Source: Octopus sinensis
Lineage: Eukaryota
Reading direction: 5' to 3'
Length of the DNA: 64,000 nt
Assembly (NCBI RefSeq): GCF_006345805.1
Contig: NC_042997.1
Coordinates: 212,474,001-212,538,000, forward strand
Positions within the stretch are counted from its first letter, which is position 1. Each line of letters starts with the position of its first letter. The notes under the pieces are model-generated. The model was given only the letters and a program-made list of their open reading frames with translations, did no database searches and had not been told where the DNA came from. Both the position numbers and the translations under genes were made by a program. Shown in pieces: positions 24,280 to 38,035 of this stretch.

Positions 24280-25230
24280 TACTGTACTTGATACTGAACT
24301 TTGGTTAGAGACTGTGAACAATAGAGTGCTGCAGCTCTACTCTTTATACATGAAACCCGTAACTTCAAAATATGTTGTTCACAAGAACTCAGCTTTGTCA
24401 CACAACATAAAAATTAACATACTAATAGCAGACCTAGTTAGAATAATGAACAATGTGTCCCCACTATGTGAACCCTATGAAACGACAAAACATATACAGA
24501 ACTTCATACACCGCATTCAGTTCTCTGGATATGATCAGAAAGATAGGGTTCGTGTATACAGGGGGGGGGGGCTAGACAGAAACTAGGTAACATACGTAAT
24601 GATACCAGTGGTACCTGCCCTAGATATAGAAACAAAGAATGGAATAGGATACAAAGCACTTGTGACAAAGCAAACAGGGCGAACACGTGGTATAAAACCG
24701 ACAAATATCAAGGAGTGATGTTTGTAGGGGCCACAGCCCATGGAGAGCTAGCCCGTAGATTTAGAAAAGCTCTGAAGGAGACCAAACTCAACATTAAAAT
24801 TGTTGAAAAACCAGGGAACTCCGTCAGATCACAACCATGTAGGACGACGTATCCCTTTAAGAATACCATATGCACCAATGATAACTGCATGGTATGTAGG
24901 ATTAGCCCTGGCATTAACTGTAGAACTCGAAATGTAGTTTACAGCATAGAATGCTTTGAAGGTGCTTGTAAGGACATGAACATGACGTATGTAGGGGAGA
25001 CATCTAGGAGCATAGCTGAAAGACTAAATGAACATTTGAAAGAATATGACAACAAAAAGCAGTCCTCCATACTCTACCAACATCCCAAAGACCACCATAG
25101 AGGCAACTTGGGTCAACTTGACATTCACATCTTATCCAAGCACCCAAAAGACCCAACACTCAGACAAATACGGGAGTATGTCTTTATAAATGAAACCTCC
25201 CCAATACTAAATAGGAAATATACACAGTAA
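24280..25230 (+). mobile_element. Penelope-like element 3' fragment: RT thumb plus Cys-rich linker plus GIY-YIG endonuclease, frameshifted
   Basis: 24314-24586 gives LYMKPVTSKYVVHKNSALSHNIKINILIADLVRI...FSGY (PLE thumb-like); frameshift near the G run at about 24560-24571; 24715-25230 gives CTNDNCMVC...NVVYSIEC...YVGETSRSIAERLNEH...RQIRE...PILN. Confidence 0.9.
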
Positions 25231-25758
25231 ATACCATACCTCCATACCCACAGTTTACATGGGTAGAGTAGAATAGTTAGTGGACTGTTAGGTAGATAAA
25301 TGTATGTATGTGTGTGAGTGTGTGTATGCAATTTTAAAAAAAATTTCTGTATGTAAGCATATAGATATGTAAATAAACAGATCAATATACAGACGGATAG
25401 GTACAAAGGTTACAAGAACAGACACATATGGAGACACGGATCCACACATAAAGATGCACATCCATACATACAAACATGGTACATAGTCGCATAACACACA
25501 CACACACAAGGAGACAGAGGTGCATACATATACAAACACACGCTCACACACACACATACATAGAAAATGCACAAACACGGACATGCAAGCACATAAATAT
25601 GCAAACACATATATACATATGCATACACACATATATACATACACACACATGCATACATACGTACATGCATGCATGCACACACACACACACACTGACCCAC
25701 ACACATGCGCACAAACAAACAAAAAGGAACGCAGTGTAAATAACGGACAGAGTCAAGA

Positions 25759-25795
25759 CTATTGAAAAGGTTGCAAGACGCAACGAAAATTTTAG
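25759..25795 (+). ncRNA. Candidate minimal hammerhead with U3-A8 core (UUGAAAA)
   Basis: CUA-UUGAAAA-G-GUUGC AAGAC GCAAC-GAAAA UUU|UAG; only 3 bp of stem I; about 530 nt downstream of the PLE endonuclease ORF on the same strand. Confidence 0.4.
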
Positions 25796-26140
25796 AAAAA
25801 TAAGAAATAAGTGGAAACTTTACCGGTGAGTGTGTTAAATAATAAGGCACAAAAAGAAAATGACTCTCCCCGGACACAACAGAATATGCTTTAACACACG
25901 AACTCATATAAAGAATCTTGCAAACCAAATCCAAAAACGAAATTTAATTAGGATTATTGTGGAAATTAAAATTATATTATTAGAATATGAAACAAAAAGT
26001 AAAATTGCATTTTAATATAAAATGACCTTGTCATTTAAAGGTCATTTTACCTATCTATCTCTCACTCTCTCCCATATATATATGTGTGTGTGTGTGTGTG
26101 CCATTGATGTTAAAAGCCACTGTTTATAGAATGAGGATAA

Positions 26141-26205
26141 CAACATAGCTTTCGCACCCGTGCAACCACCAGTCTATCGCGTGTGGTGGGTGGATCTTCA
26201 AGTTG
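26141..26205 (-). ncRNA. Decayed hammerhead motif
   Basis: CAAC-UUGAAGA-U CCACCC...GGGUGC-GAAAG CUA|UGUUG; zero-loop AGCU stem III; a CCAAT lies about 80 nt upstream on the same strand. Confidence 0.45.
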
Positions 26206-28317
26206 CCACACGCATTCTTAGTAGCTTAGAGTAGGCTCAAATTAGAGATTATTCTTTGTGGCTAATAGCGTGAATCCTGATTGGAAGAAGAAGACAGCAG
26301 CATTAGGACTCCCAATGGCCAAAAAGCTGTCTAACTAGTAGCAGTTGCTGTGGAATTTTAGTTAAGTATTGCAGTAGTGTTAGTAGTAGTGATCTCCCTT
26401 CCTCTGCCACAGGTATTTGAACATTGTTGGTATTTTGTTATGAAGGATGTTTTGTTGATGCTTTGTTGTTGAGTTGTATTATCACTAAAGCACCATCCTA
26501 ACATGGTAGTTGCCAGCGCCGCTTGACTGGCGTCTATGTCGATGGCACGTAAAAAGCACCAACCGATCATGGCTGTTTGCCAGCCTCATCTGGTCCCTGT
26601 GCCGGTGGCACGTAAAAAGCACCCACTACACTGACGGAGTTGTTGGCGTTAGGAAGGGCATCCAGCTGTAGAAACACTGCCAGATCAGACTGGTGCAGCC
26701 TCCTGGCTTCCCAGACCCCAGTTGAACCGTCCAACCCATGCTAGCATGGAAAACGGATGTTAAACGATGATGATGATGATGATTATTATGGTGGCACATG
26801 ACCCTACATATATTGCAAATTAAACTGCAAGAACACAGTGTTCAGTAAATATGAAAACATGTGTATGTATGAAACAACCAAAGTCTGTAATTTTTTCTTG
26901 CATATAAAGTAACAAAGTCTCTTTCTTTCTAATCAAATATCAGTTGGCTTTATTTTTGATAGTAAATGTGTTTGGTAAAATATAAACTGACAAAATTCAG
27001 AGATGACAGGTATAGCTTTCAGGATATTACTTTAACATTTGCTACTGCCCTGCTAATGAAACACTGTATAGGTTACTTCTCTGACACAACTGTTTTGTTC
27101 TGTTGCCAAGAACTGCATAATTCCCTTTGCCACTCAGGCAGGACAATTTAAAAATCAAGAACATTCCAGTTCCACTTAAGGAAATCATTGTTTTGATTTC
27201 CTTTTGTAAAAAAAAATGTGCTGAATGTAAGCCCTGATTTTAACCCTTTCTGATACGAGTTTAAAGAAAGCAACATAACCATTTAAGTGAATTAACTTAG
27301 ATTTTAAAGGTCTGCTACTCAAAATAAATAGATTTTTACTGTAATGGACGAATATTCTAGATTTCTTTTTGCTCTTCCATGTGTAGACATTCGTACCCCA
27401 GTCCAAATACGACCCTTTAGTGGACGACATTGAGTTGATTGAATCAACTGTCCAGATCTGATATTCAAATGGTCATGTAAGTAATGTCTCTGTATGATTT
27501 AACACCTTGCAATGAGAGATCACAAAGTACTCAACAGGACATTGAAAATCAAACGGTCAGTGATCGTCCAGCAGTCAGTGATTCTGAATCAAATTCCGTT
27601 CCACTTAAGCTTTCTTCAAATAACTCTTCTGACCAAACCTGATGAATTTATCAGATCCAAATTCCATCAATTCTCCTGAAGCTATGGAGTTACTATTATG
27701 TCAGTCTCACTGTGAGAGATAACCTCCAGTTCAGCTTGACTTTTCATGTTCTGGTAAATTCCTTCAAGGAATTCTCTCTCCCTCTTTGACTGGGAAGAAT
27801 GATATGATTCAGTTGATTGTCCTCTATGAAACTTTTTTATATTGGTGCCATATATGTCATGTGGTTATGATGTCATTCTAATATGGCAATATTAATTGGA
27901 ATTACTACCAATGATGCTTTCAAGAAGAATCTAACTCAAAGGTGGCGAGCTGGCAGATATGTTAGCATGCTGGGTTCAAATTCTGCCATTGTCGACTTCA
28001 CCTTTCATAATGGGGTCGATAAATTAAGTGCCAGTTGCATACTGGGGTCAATCTAATCGACTAGCCCCCTCCCCCAAAATTTCAGGTCTTATGCCTAGAG
28101 TAGAAAAGAAGAATCTAACTCAAGGTCTTATATTGGCATAAGGAAGACTTATTCTGGTTGTTAACTGTAGTAAGGGAACTTGGGATATATAATCCAGGTA
28201 CTTCCCTCACAAAGCACTTCTATGGATTTAAAGCTTCCTGAAAACTGAAGTGAGGGAGGCTTCCTTATAATATTATTGTTCCAATGATCCCAAAGTCCAC
28301 AAAACATCCATAGAAAT

Positions 28318-30170
28318 TATCATCGTTTACTGTCCATTTTTCATGCTGGCATGGGTTGGATGGTTTGACTGGAGACTGGCAAGCCAGGAGGCTGCACTAA
28401 GCTCCAATCTGATTTGGCAAGGTTTCTACGGCTGGATGCCTTTCCTAACACCAACCACTCTGAGAGTGTAGTGGGTGCTTTTTACGTGCCACCCGCACAG
28501 GAGCCAGTCAGGCAGCACTGGCATCGACCCTGTTCGGATGGTGTTGTTTACATGTCACCTGCATAAGGAGCCGGTCGGTGGGGACTAGCATTGGCCACAA
28601 CTACAATTTCCATTTTGATCTCTATTTTGATTCAATTCTTGATTGATTTTACTTGACTCAACGGATCTTCTCAAGCGCAGCATCTCACCTGACAGTTCAA
28701 GGGTACTCTTAAAAGGGCTGGTTATGCGACACTGGTGTTGGCCACGGCTGTAATCTCACTTGGTTTGCTGGGTCTTCTCAATCACAGTATATCTCCAAAG
28801 GTCTCGGTCTCTTGTCATTGCCTCTGTGAGGCCCAACGTTTGAACTTCATGCTTCACCACCTCATCCCATGTCTTCCTGGGTCTCCCGCTTCCATGCTTT
28901 TCTTCCACTGTTAGGGAGTGACACTTCTTCACACATCTCTCCTCATCGATATGCAGCACATGACCATACCAGTGCAGTTGTCTCTCTTGCACACCACATC
29001 TGATGCTTCTTGTCTCCAACTTTTTTCTCAGGGCGCTTACACTCTGTTGTGTGTGCACACTGACATTACACATCCAGTGGAGCATACAACCTTCATTTAT
29101 TGCAAGCTTACGCATGTCCTCAGCAGTCACATCCCATGTAGCGTGGCTGTTCACATGCATGCGTCATACAGTCTGCCTTTCACTCTGAGTGAGAGGCCCT
29201 TTGTTACCAGCAGAGGTAGGAGCTTTCTGAACTTTGCCCAGGATATGCTTATTCTAACAGTTATGCTCTCAGAGCATTCACCCCCTACTACTGGGTTGGT
29301 CACCTAGGAAACAGAAGCTATCAACTACTTCTAGTTTTTCACCCTGGTATGTGATGGAATCTGTTTCCTGTACATCTTCAGCATTTATTGCCCCTGTGCA
29401 TCTGCTACTCACAAAAACTCCCTTCCCACTTAACTTTCCTTTGATATTGCTGCACCTCTTATCTGTCCTCTTAAAGCTTACACCGAGTATGTCTTATGGA
29501 GTTTCTGCATATACTTTTTCTACAGATCAAGTAGGGCCATCTACCTGAAGCGGTTTGTGCTTTATCCGCCTTCCTACTTATTAGGAATTTGGTTTTTGCT
29601 AGATTGATTCTCAGGCCCAACAATTTTAGACCTTGCTTCCACACCTGAAACTTTATCTCTAGTTCTGGTGGTGATTCAGCTACTAGAACAAGGTCATTGG
29701 CACAGAGGAGCTCCCAGGTGCAGCCTGACTTGAATTCCTCTGTTATTGCCTGGAGCACTATGATGAAAAAGTGGGGCTGAGGACTGATCCTTGGTGAACC
29801 TCTACTTCTACCTGGAATTCTTCACTATACTCACTGCCAACCCTCACCTTACTGACAGCATCCCTGTACAGCTCTTACCAACCACTCATCTATCCTTAGT
29901 TTCTGCATTGCCCACCAGAGAAGGGATTGGGGGATCTCGTCAAAGGCTTCCTCCAGGTCAATAAAAGCCAGGTACAGAGGTTTATCATTGGTTAGGTATT
30001 TCCCCTGTAGTTGCCCAAACTGCATCTCATCCAAGCTGACTCTCTCCCTAATTAGTTGGGCTATGACTCTCTCTATGACCTTCATCGCCTGATCCAGCAA
30101 TTTGATACCTCTGTAGTTATTTCTATCTAAAACATCACCTGTACCTTTCTAGCAGTTGATTATGGAGCTG
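28318..30170 (-). mobile_element. 5'-truncated RTE LINE (RT to 3' end), decayed
   Basis: Minus-strand ORF fragments 29849-30100, 29471-29758 and 28756-29160 match RTE RT and C-terminus; 3' terminal motif at about 28320-28500. Confidence 0.88.
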
Positions 30171-30187
30171 CTACACCAGTCATTGGG

Positions 30188-31600
30188 TGTCATTTAATGT
30201 CCACTTTCAATACTTGCATCGATTAAATGGTTTGATTGGAACTGGTAAGCCAGAGAGCTGTCCCAGACTTCAGTTTGGCTTAGCTTGGTTTCTATGGCTG
30301 GATGCCCTTCGTAACTCTTTTGTTCAACTGGTTCTGGCTCTGAGTACAAATGTCTTGTTTTCATAAGTTTTGAATTAAATCTTCCACAAAGCCTTAGTGT
30401 TAGGAACATAAATTGTGACTAGCTGAATGATAACTAAGTTATTTTACTAAATTCTTTGTTATATTTAAAGTAATTGAAAGAAACACAGAGCATCTTAAAT
30501 ACAGTAACGAAAGGTTTAATGCCAATCACTTCAAGAGTGTAGTGGGTGTCTTTTATGGAACACCTTTTTTATGGATCAATGGCACTGGCCACGGTTATGA
30601 TTTCACTTGGCCTGATGTGTCTTCTCAAGCACAGCAAATCACCAATGGTCTCGATCACTTGTCATCATCTGTGAAAGACTCGGCATCCAAAGATCATGCT
30701 TCACCACTTTGTCTCATGTCTTCCTGGCTCTACCTTCACATTTAGAGATCATCACTTCTTTACACAGCTGTCCTCGTCCATACAAATCACATGACCATAC
30801 ACAGTCTTCTCTCTTGCACACCACATCTAATGCCTCTTATGCTCAATTTTTCTCTCAAGACATTTACACTCAGTCATACATGCACACTGGCATTGCACAT
30901 CCAGTGAAGCAGACTAGCTTCATTTCTTTCATGCCTTTGCATGTTCTCTACAGTCACAGCCCATGTTTCACTGTCATGTAGCATAGCTGTTCACACATCT
31001 GTCTTTCACTCTGAGGAAGAGGCCCTTCATTACCAACAAAGGTGAAAGCTCTCTGAAGTTTGCTTCAGCCCATTCTTATTCTAGCAGCTATGTTCTCAGA
31101 GCATCCACCTCCACTGCTGACTTGGTCATCCATAAGCTATCAACAACTTATAAGTATATCCCTGGCATTTGACAGAGTCCATTTTCTGTACATTTCTGGT
31201 GTTTATTGTACCTGTGCACTTGCCACACACAAACACTACTTTCTTTATTAACCTTCCTCTGATACTGCTGCACCTCTTATGTGTACATAGCTTGCATTGA
31301 GTACACTTTATGGAGTTTCTACCAACACATTTTCTACATCTTGAGCAGGGCCATCTCCCTAAAGGGATTTGTGATTTGTCCATTTTTCTACTTACTAAGA
31401 CTTTGGTTTTTGCTAAATTAACTCTAAGGCCCTTTGATCCCAGACCTTGCTTCCATGCCTGAAATATCTTCTCTAGTTCTGGTAGTGATTCAGCTATAAG
31501 AACAATGTCATTAGCATAGGGAAGCCACCAGAAGCAGCTCATCTCAAATTCTTGCTATAGCCTAGAGGACTATGATAAACATATTGTATCTGAGAACTGA
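30188..31600 (-). mobile_element. 5'-truncated RTE LINE, decayed, containing the nested MITE
   Basis: ORF 31126-31542 (YANDIVLIAES...GRWPCSRC) plus RTE 3' end. Confidence 0.8.
30312..30519. mobile_element. Second, inverted and more decayed copy of the TTAA MITE, nested in an RTE 3' end
   Basis: Shares internal sequence with 54694-54913 in reverse orientation and ends cagtaacgaaaggtttaa; it interrupts the RTE motif gatgcccttc(c)taa|tgccaatcact. Confidence 0.75.
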
Positions 31601-32448
31601 TCCTTGGTTAATTCTAACTTGGACACTGAATCCATTGCTATGGAACTGATCCTTGGTGAACTCCAGCTTGTACACTGAACAAGGGTATTTAAAATAAAAA
31701 TCCATTGAAGAACGGAGTTAGCAAATTTCTTTTACTATATTGTTAACAATTGTTTTATCAATTTCCATTATGTAAAAAAGTAAGTACTAGGGTTGATTCC
31801 TTTGATTGAAACTCTTCAAGGCATGGCTGTAATGACTAACAACTGAAGCAAATAAAAAATAACTAATCTTGCATCATGTTCTTCCCGTGCACTGTGCAAG
31901 CTTTCTTTCACAGTGCATGGTGAAATCAACTCATCAGAATTCCACAAAAAGCAAAATGCTGATTGATTTTGCCATATCACTCAAGTACTAGTAATCGTAT
32001 TTGGTCAAGAGAAATAGAGGCAGAAAGGGGGTAGAATGCGGGGAGGAGGAGCAGAAGAATTTGATAGGATAATTAACTTCCTTAGTTTCCCGTCAAGCCA
32101 AGTGAAATTGTAGTCATGGAAGATACTGGTATCACACGACTGGCACCTATGCTGATGGTATGGAAAAACACCCATTACACTCAGAATGGTTGGCATCAGG
32201 AAGGGCATCCAGCTGTAGAAACCATGCCAAATCAGGCTGGAATCTGGTGTGGCCCCTCACCTTTCCAGCCCTGGTCAAACTATCCAGCCCATGCTAGCAT
32301 GGGCAATGAATGTTAAGTGACAATGATGATTATATATATATATATATATAGTAAATCCCCAAAAGAAGAACAAACACAAAAAACACAACAACGCGAGGAC
32401 ATGGTACATATATAGTATTAGCAGACACTCAGGGAAGGAAGAAAGATG

Positions 32449-32484
32449 GTTTAACATTTTGAGCAGATGCTCTCCTTCAGAAAC
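32449..32484 (-). ncRNA. Decayed hammerhead motif in a (TA)n-flanked insert
   Basis: GUUU-CUGAAGG-A-GAGC AUCU GCUC-AAAAU GUU|AAAC; explained by CpG-type decay of ...GCUC GAAAC GUU. Confidence 0.45.
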
Positions 32485-32542
32485 AGAGAAAAGTCCAATA
32501 GAAGGGAAGACGGAGAAAGTAAATCACCAACGATTCATGTGG

Positions 32543-32585
<43 letters not shown>

Positions 32586-33194
32586 CAAGAAAAATACTGA
32601 GAAAAGGTTGAAAATGAATCAAATTTTTATACACATGTTTTTTGTGTAATTAAAACAAGTGCAATTTTTTAACATAAGAGGAAAATAGTTTTGTTCTATG
32701 TATTTATATGTACAAAAATAAAAATACAAAAATCCATTTTCATAGAATGTTGTAGTTTAACTGAAAATATATAGGTGTATGTATTCATAAGGTAAGTCTG
32801 ACCCTTACAACACTAGGATCACAGGTTACTTCTCTTTTGTACAGAAAAGGGTTTTCATGTTTATAAATTATTGTGTTGTGATTAAAAGAGGTTTTGCAGT
32901 TGAGGAAAAATTTCATACCTTGTGTGTGAATATGTACTACAATTTGTTTTGTGTGTGTGTGTGTGTGTGCAGATACAAACAAAATAAACTATAGTACATA
33001 CTCTTTTGTTTCAGTCATTTGACTGTAGCCATGCTGGATCGACCCCAGGACATATTCTTTGGATGCCTAGTACTTATTCTATCAGTCTCTTTTGCCGAAC
33101 CGCTAAGTTACAGGGATGTAAACACACCACCATCGGTTGTCAAGCGATGTTGGGAGGACAAACACAGACACACAAACATATACACACACATACA

Positions 33195-33242
<48 letters not shown>

Positions 33243-33479
33243 CACACATACATACGACAGGCTTCTTTCAGTTTCCGTCTACCTAATCCACTCACAAGGC
33301 TTTGGTCGAGCCAAGGCTATAGTAGAAGACACTTGCCCAAGGTGCCATGCAGTAGGACTGAACCCGGAACCATGTGGTTCGTTAGCAAGCTACTTACCAC
33401 ACAGCCACTCTTACGCCTATATATATATACACAATTTATGTATATATACATATACATAAATTTTAAAGGCAGTAGATAA

Positions 33480-34200
33480 TACACAAATAGCAGTGTATAT
33501 ACATAATATCAGCAAGAGTGTATAAACAGAAATCCTATGGAAGTGTCTATAGATCACCTACAATGACAATGTTTATAAACAAAATAAATGGCAGAGTATA
33601 TACTAAAACTTGACTGTCACTGCATATACACAAAATAATGGTAGTGTATATACACAAAGTAAATGACAGTGTATGTGCACAGAAAAAGGGCAGTGAATAT
33701 ATACATATTAAATAGCAATGTATATACACAAGTTGAATGGCGGCTATCTATATACACAAAACAGGAATGTATATATGTACAAATAAATGGCAGTGCATAT
33801 AATCAAATTTACTGCTAAAAGGACAATGTACCCAAAATAAATGTTAGTGTGTATAAATGAATTTGGTATTGTATATGCACAAAAAATATATGGTAGTATA
33901 TATACGTATTACAACTGGTAGTGAATACACATAAACTTGACAGCGTATGTGCATAAAGGAAATATCAGGGTGTGTGTATGTGTGTATATATACATACCTG
34001 GTGAATGTCAATGTATAAAGCAAAGTACAATGTGTCTGAATATACACAAATACATGGCAGTGTAAATATAAAAACTGCATGTCGGTGTATATGGAGAACG
34101 TGTTCTGTAATTTACTTTGTATTACGTCTTCCACTGTTTTGGCCTTATCTTACAAGTTTATCTAATAAAAATGCAGTGTATATACACAAAAAAGATTGTA
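33480..34200. repeat. Degenerate ~24-bp minisatellite (consensus close to aaatggcagtgtatatacacaaa)
   Basis: Repeated cagtgtatatacac cores; same array at about 39130-39830, 40990-41105 and 41275-41520. Confidence 0.75.
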
Positions 34201-34260
34201 TGGAATATCTGTATTTTGCTATTTTGCTACACCGCTTGAATCTGCATCATTCAATGACCA

Positions 34261-37200
34261 TAATGCTTATGCTTACAACGCTGCTAACAGTGTCTCCTAC
34301 CTCCAGTAGGGGCAACAACCTTTACATGCCTAAATGCTTGAATGTTGTCAGGTCGGAAGAGAGAGCAGATGAAGCATGCCTAACAAACAAACACCACCAC
34401 AACAACCCTCTTCTTTTCAGGCGCTGAATTACATCCCTCCTCTCCAAACCTCACCCCACAGTCCCTTCCAGTTTTCAGAGTTGGCACTGTCAGTGTTGGC
34501 ACAATGAAAGGTAGTTCTAGTGAGATTGTAGAGATGCTTGAAAGGAGACCGGTTGATGTATGCTGCATACAAGAGGTAAGATGGAGAGGAGCTTCAGCTA
34601 GGGTCCTCACAAGCAAGGCACATATGTACAAAGTCTTCTGGCAAGGTGACATGGATGGTGTAGGCATACTCCTCTTAGAGAAATGGGTGGATAAGGTTAT
34701 AGAGGTTGTTAGGGTATGCAATAGAGTGCTTAAGCTTGGGCTAGTCCTGCAGAATAGCACAGCTACTATCATCTCCACTTATGCCCCACATACTGGGCTA
34801 CCAAATGATCAGAAGGACCACTTTTATGATACTCTTCTACAGGCTATCTCAAACACGAGTGGTAATGACCTCATCTTTGTGGCTGGAGACTTTAATGGGC
34901 ATGTTGAGTGGGGTACACGGTGGCCATGGTATTGGCACCCGAAACGATGAGGGAACCAGGCTACTGGAGTTCTGTGATACATGTAACCTTCTAATCTGCA
35001 ACATTAACTTCAGGAAGCCCAGACAGCCACCTGATAACCTATCAATCAGGGAACTCTTCTAGCCAGATTGATTTCATCCTCATGAGACAGTAGGATGCAG
35101 AGTTGCTCTTAAATACAAAGACCCTCCCAGGTGAAGAATGTACCCCCCTGCCCAGCATAGGCTAGTCGTTAGTCTCAAGCCTAGAAGGATACCAAGAAAC
35201 AGACGAATCCAAAAAAGAAGGATTTGGAAGCTAAAGAACCCTTCACATGGTCAGAGATTTAGGGACATCCTCATCAAGAAATTTGAGGAGAGGGAGGACA
35301 AGCTACAGACATCGGACATAGAAGGTAGCTGGAAATTCCTAAGGGACAGCTTGCTGAGTGCCACAGACCAAGTCTGTGGCTGGTGCAAAGTCCCTTCTGG
35401 ACCTAGAGTTATGTGGTTGTGGAATAGTGCAGTAGACAAAGTTATTAATGCAAAGAAACAGGCCTAGAAAGCTTTGAAGGGAGGGGGTAGTAGGGAACTG
35501 TACCAGATAGCTAAAAGGGAGGCTGGGAAGCAGGTATACATAGCCAAGAGCAAAGCAGAAAAGAAGTTTGCTAATGTCCAGAGACATAAGGACCAAAGAA
35601 CTGAGGTATTTCGGATTGCTGGACTGTGTGAGAGAAAATTGTGATTTCACAGGAGAGAAATGTGTCCAAATAGATGTAGGTGTACCAGCTTTTAATGTTT
35701 ATGAAAAGAAAGAGGCTTGGAGAAGCCATTATGAAAGACTGCTGAATGTGGAGAATGAATGGGAGGAGGAGAGCCTGCCAAATGTTGACCCAGTAGAGGG
35801 ACCAGCTATCCCAATAGACAACTCCCTTGTAGTTATGGCAATTAAGGGTATGAAGCCAGGAAAAGCTCCCGGCCCATCAGGAATCACTGTTGAGATGCTT
35901 AAAACATCTGGTGGTGTGGGCTATGGCCTAGTCACCCACATTGTAAACTAGGTAGTTCATAATGGAGTCATACCCAATGACTGGCGTAGCAGCACCATAG
36001 TCAACTGCTACAAGGGTAAAGGTGATGTTCTAGATAGAAATAACTACAGGGGTATTAAACTGCTGGATCAGGTGATGAAGGTCACGGATAAGGTCATAGC
36101 CCATCTCATTAGGGAGAGAGTTTGCTTAGATGAGATGCAGTTCATTTTAGTGCCGGGTAGAAACACCACTGATGCCATATGCCTGGTTCGTCAACTGCAG
36201 GAGAAATACCTAGCCAAAGATAAACCCCTATACTTAGCTTTTGTGGACTTGGATAAATCCTTTGACAAGTGGGTGATGTGGAAACTGGAGATTGACAAAT
36301 GGTTAATAAGGGCTGTACAGGCCCTTTACAGAGAGGCTGTTAGTAAGGTTAGGATTGGCAATGAGTACAGTGAAGAATTCCGGGTAGAAGTTGGCATCCA
36401 CCAAGGCTCAGCCCTCAGTCCCCTTTTATTCATCATAGTCCTCCAGGCGATAACAGAGGAATTCAAGATGGGTTGCCCCTGGGAGCTCCTCTATGCTGAT
36501 GACCTAGCCCTCGTAGCAGAATCACTACTGGAACTAGAGAAGAAATTTCGTGTGTGGAAGCTAGGTTTAGAATCAAAAGGCCTTAGAGTCAATGTAGCAA
36601 AGACCAAAGTTCTAGTAAGTAGGAAGGCAAACTCACGACACACCCCTTCAGGCAGGTGGCCCTGCTCGATCTGTAGAAAAGGTGTAGGTAGAAACTCCAT
36701 AAGATGTACTCAGTGTAAGCGAGAAGATAGCTTTCGTGTGCGGCAGATGCACAGGAGCAATAGACACCATTGATACTCAGAAAACAGGTTCCATTACACT
36801 CCTGGGGGAGAAACTAGTAGTTGATAGTTTCTGCTACCTAGGTGGCCAAGGTAGTAGTGGGAGTGGATGCTCAGAGAGTGTTACCACTAGAATAAGAATA
36901 GCCTGGGCAAAGTTTAGGAAGCTTCTTCCCCTACTGGCAACAAAGGGTCTCTTGCTCAGAGTGTATGACACATGTGTGTGAACTGTCATGCTTCACGGCA
37001 GTGAAACATGGGCTGCGACTGCTGAAGACACGAGTAGGCTCAAAAGAAATGAAGCTACCATGATCCGCTGGATGTGTAATGTCAGTGTCCATGCACGACA
37101 GAGTGTAAGCACCCTGAGAGAAATGTTGGACATGAGAAGCATCGGATGTGGTGTGCAAGAGAGACGTTTGCATTGGTATGGTCATGTACTATGGATGGAT

Positions 37201-38035
37201 GAGGAGAGATGTGTGAAGAAGTGCCACTCCCAAACTGTTGAAGGAATCCGGGGTAGAGGTAGACCCAGAAAGACATGGGATGAGGTTGTCAAGCATGACC
37301 TTCATACGTTGGGCCTCACAGAGGCAATGATGAAAGACCAAGACCTCTGGAGATATGCTGTGACTTTGAATATCTGAAAAATGAAGTGAGTTCATTGCTT
37401 GCAGGACGGCCTGCTGTGCTTGAAGAGACCTATTGAGTCAAGTTCATCAACATCAAAATAAAAATCGTATGGATATTGTAGTTGTGATACCCATGCTGGT
37501 GGCACGTAGGGCCTCACAGAGGAAATGACGAAAGACCGAGGCCTCTGAGATATGCTGTGCCTGCAAAGACCCGACAAATGAAGTGAGTTTATGGCTCGCA
37601 GGATGGCCTGCTGTGCTAACCTTGGATCGTAGAGTGACCCGCTGTTCTTGAGGAGACCTGTTGAGTTAAGTACGTTAACACCAACATCAAAATAAAAATC
37701 AAATGCAAATTGTAGTTAAGATACCCGTGCTGGTGACACATGAAAAGCACCATCCGAACGTGGCTGATGCTAGTGCCGCCTGACTGGCGCCCGTGTTGGT
37801 AACACATAAAAAGCACCAACCGATTGTGGCCATTTGCCAGCCCACTCTGGCCCCTGTGCTGGTGGCACGTAAAAAGCACCCACTACATTCATGGAGTGGT
37901 TGGCGTTAGGAAGGGCATCCAGCTGTAAACCACTGCCAGATCAGACTGCAGCCTGGCGCAGCCTCCTGGCTTCCCAGACCCCGGTGGAACTATCCAACGC
38001 ATGCCAGCATGGAAAACGGACGCTAAACGATGATG
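34261..38035 (+). mobile_element. Near-full-length RTE-clade LINE, inactivated by stops and frameshifts
   Basis: APE domain (GTMKG...DVCCIQEVRW...AGDFNGH), RT (GIHQGSALSPLLF, LLYADDL), C-terminus (RGRGRPRKTW), 3' UTR with hairpin repeats and GAT tail at 38029-38035. Confidence 0.93.
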
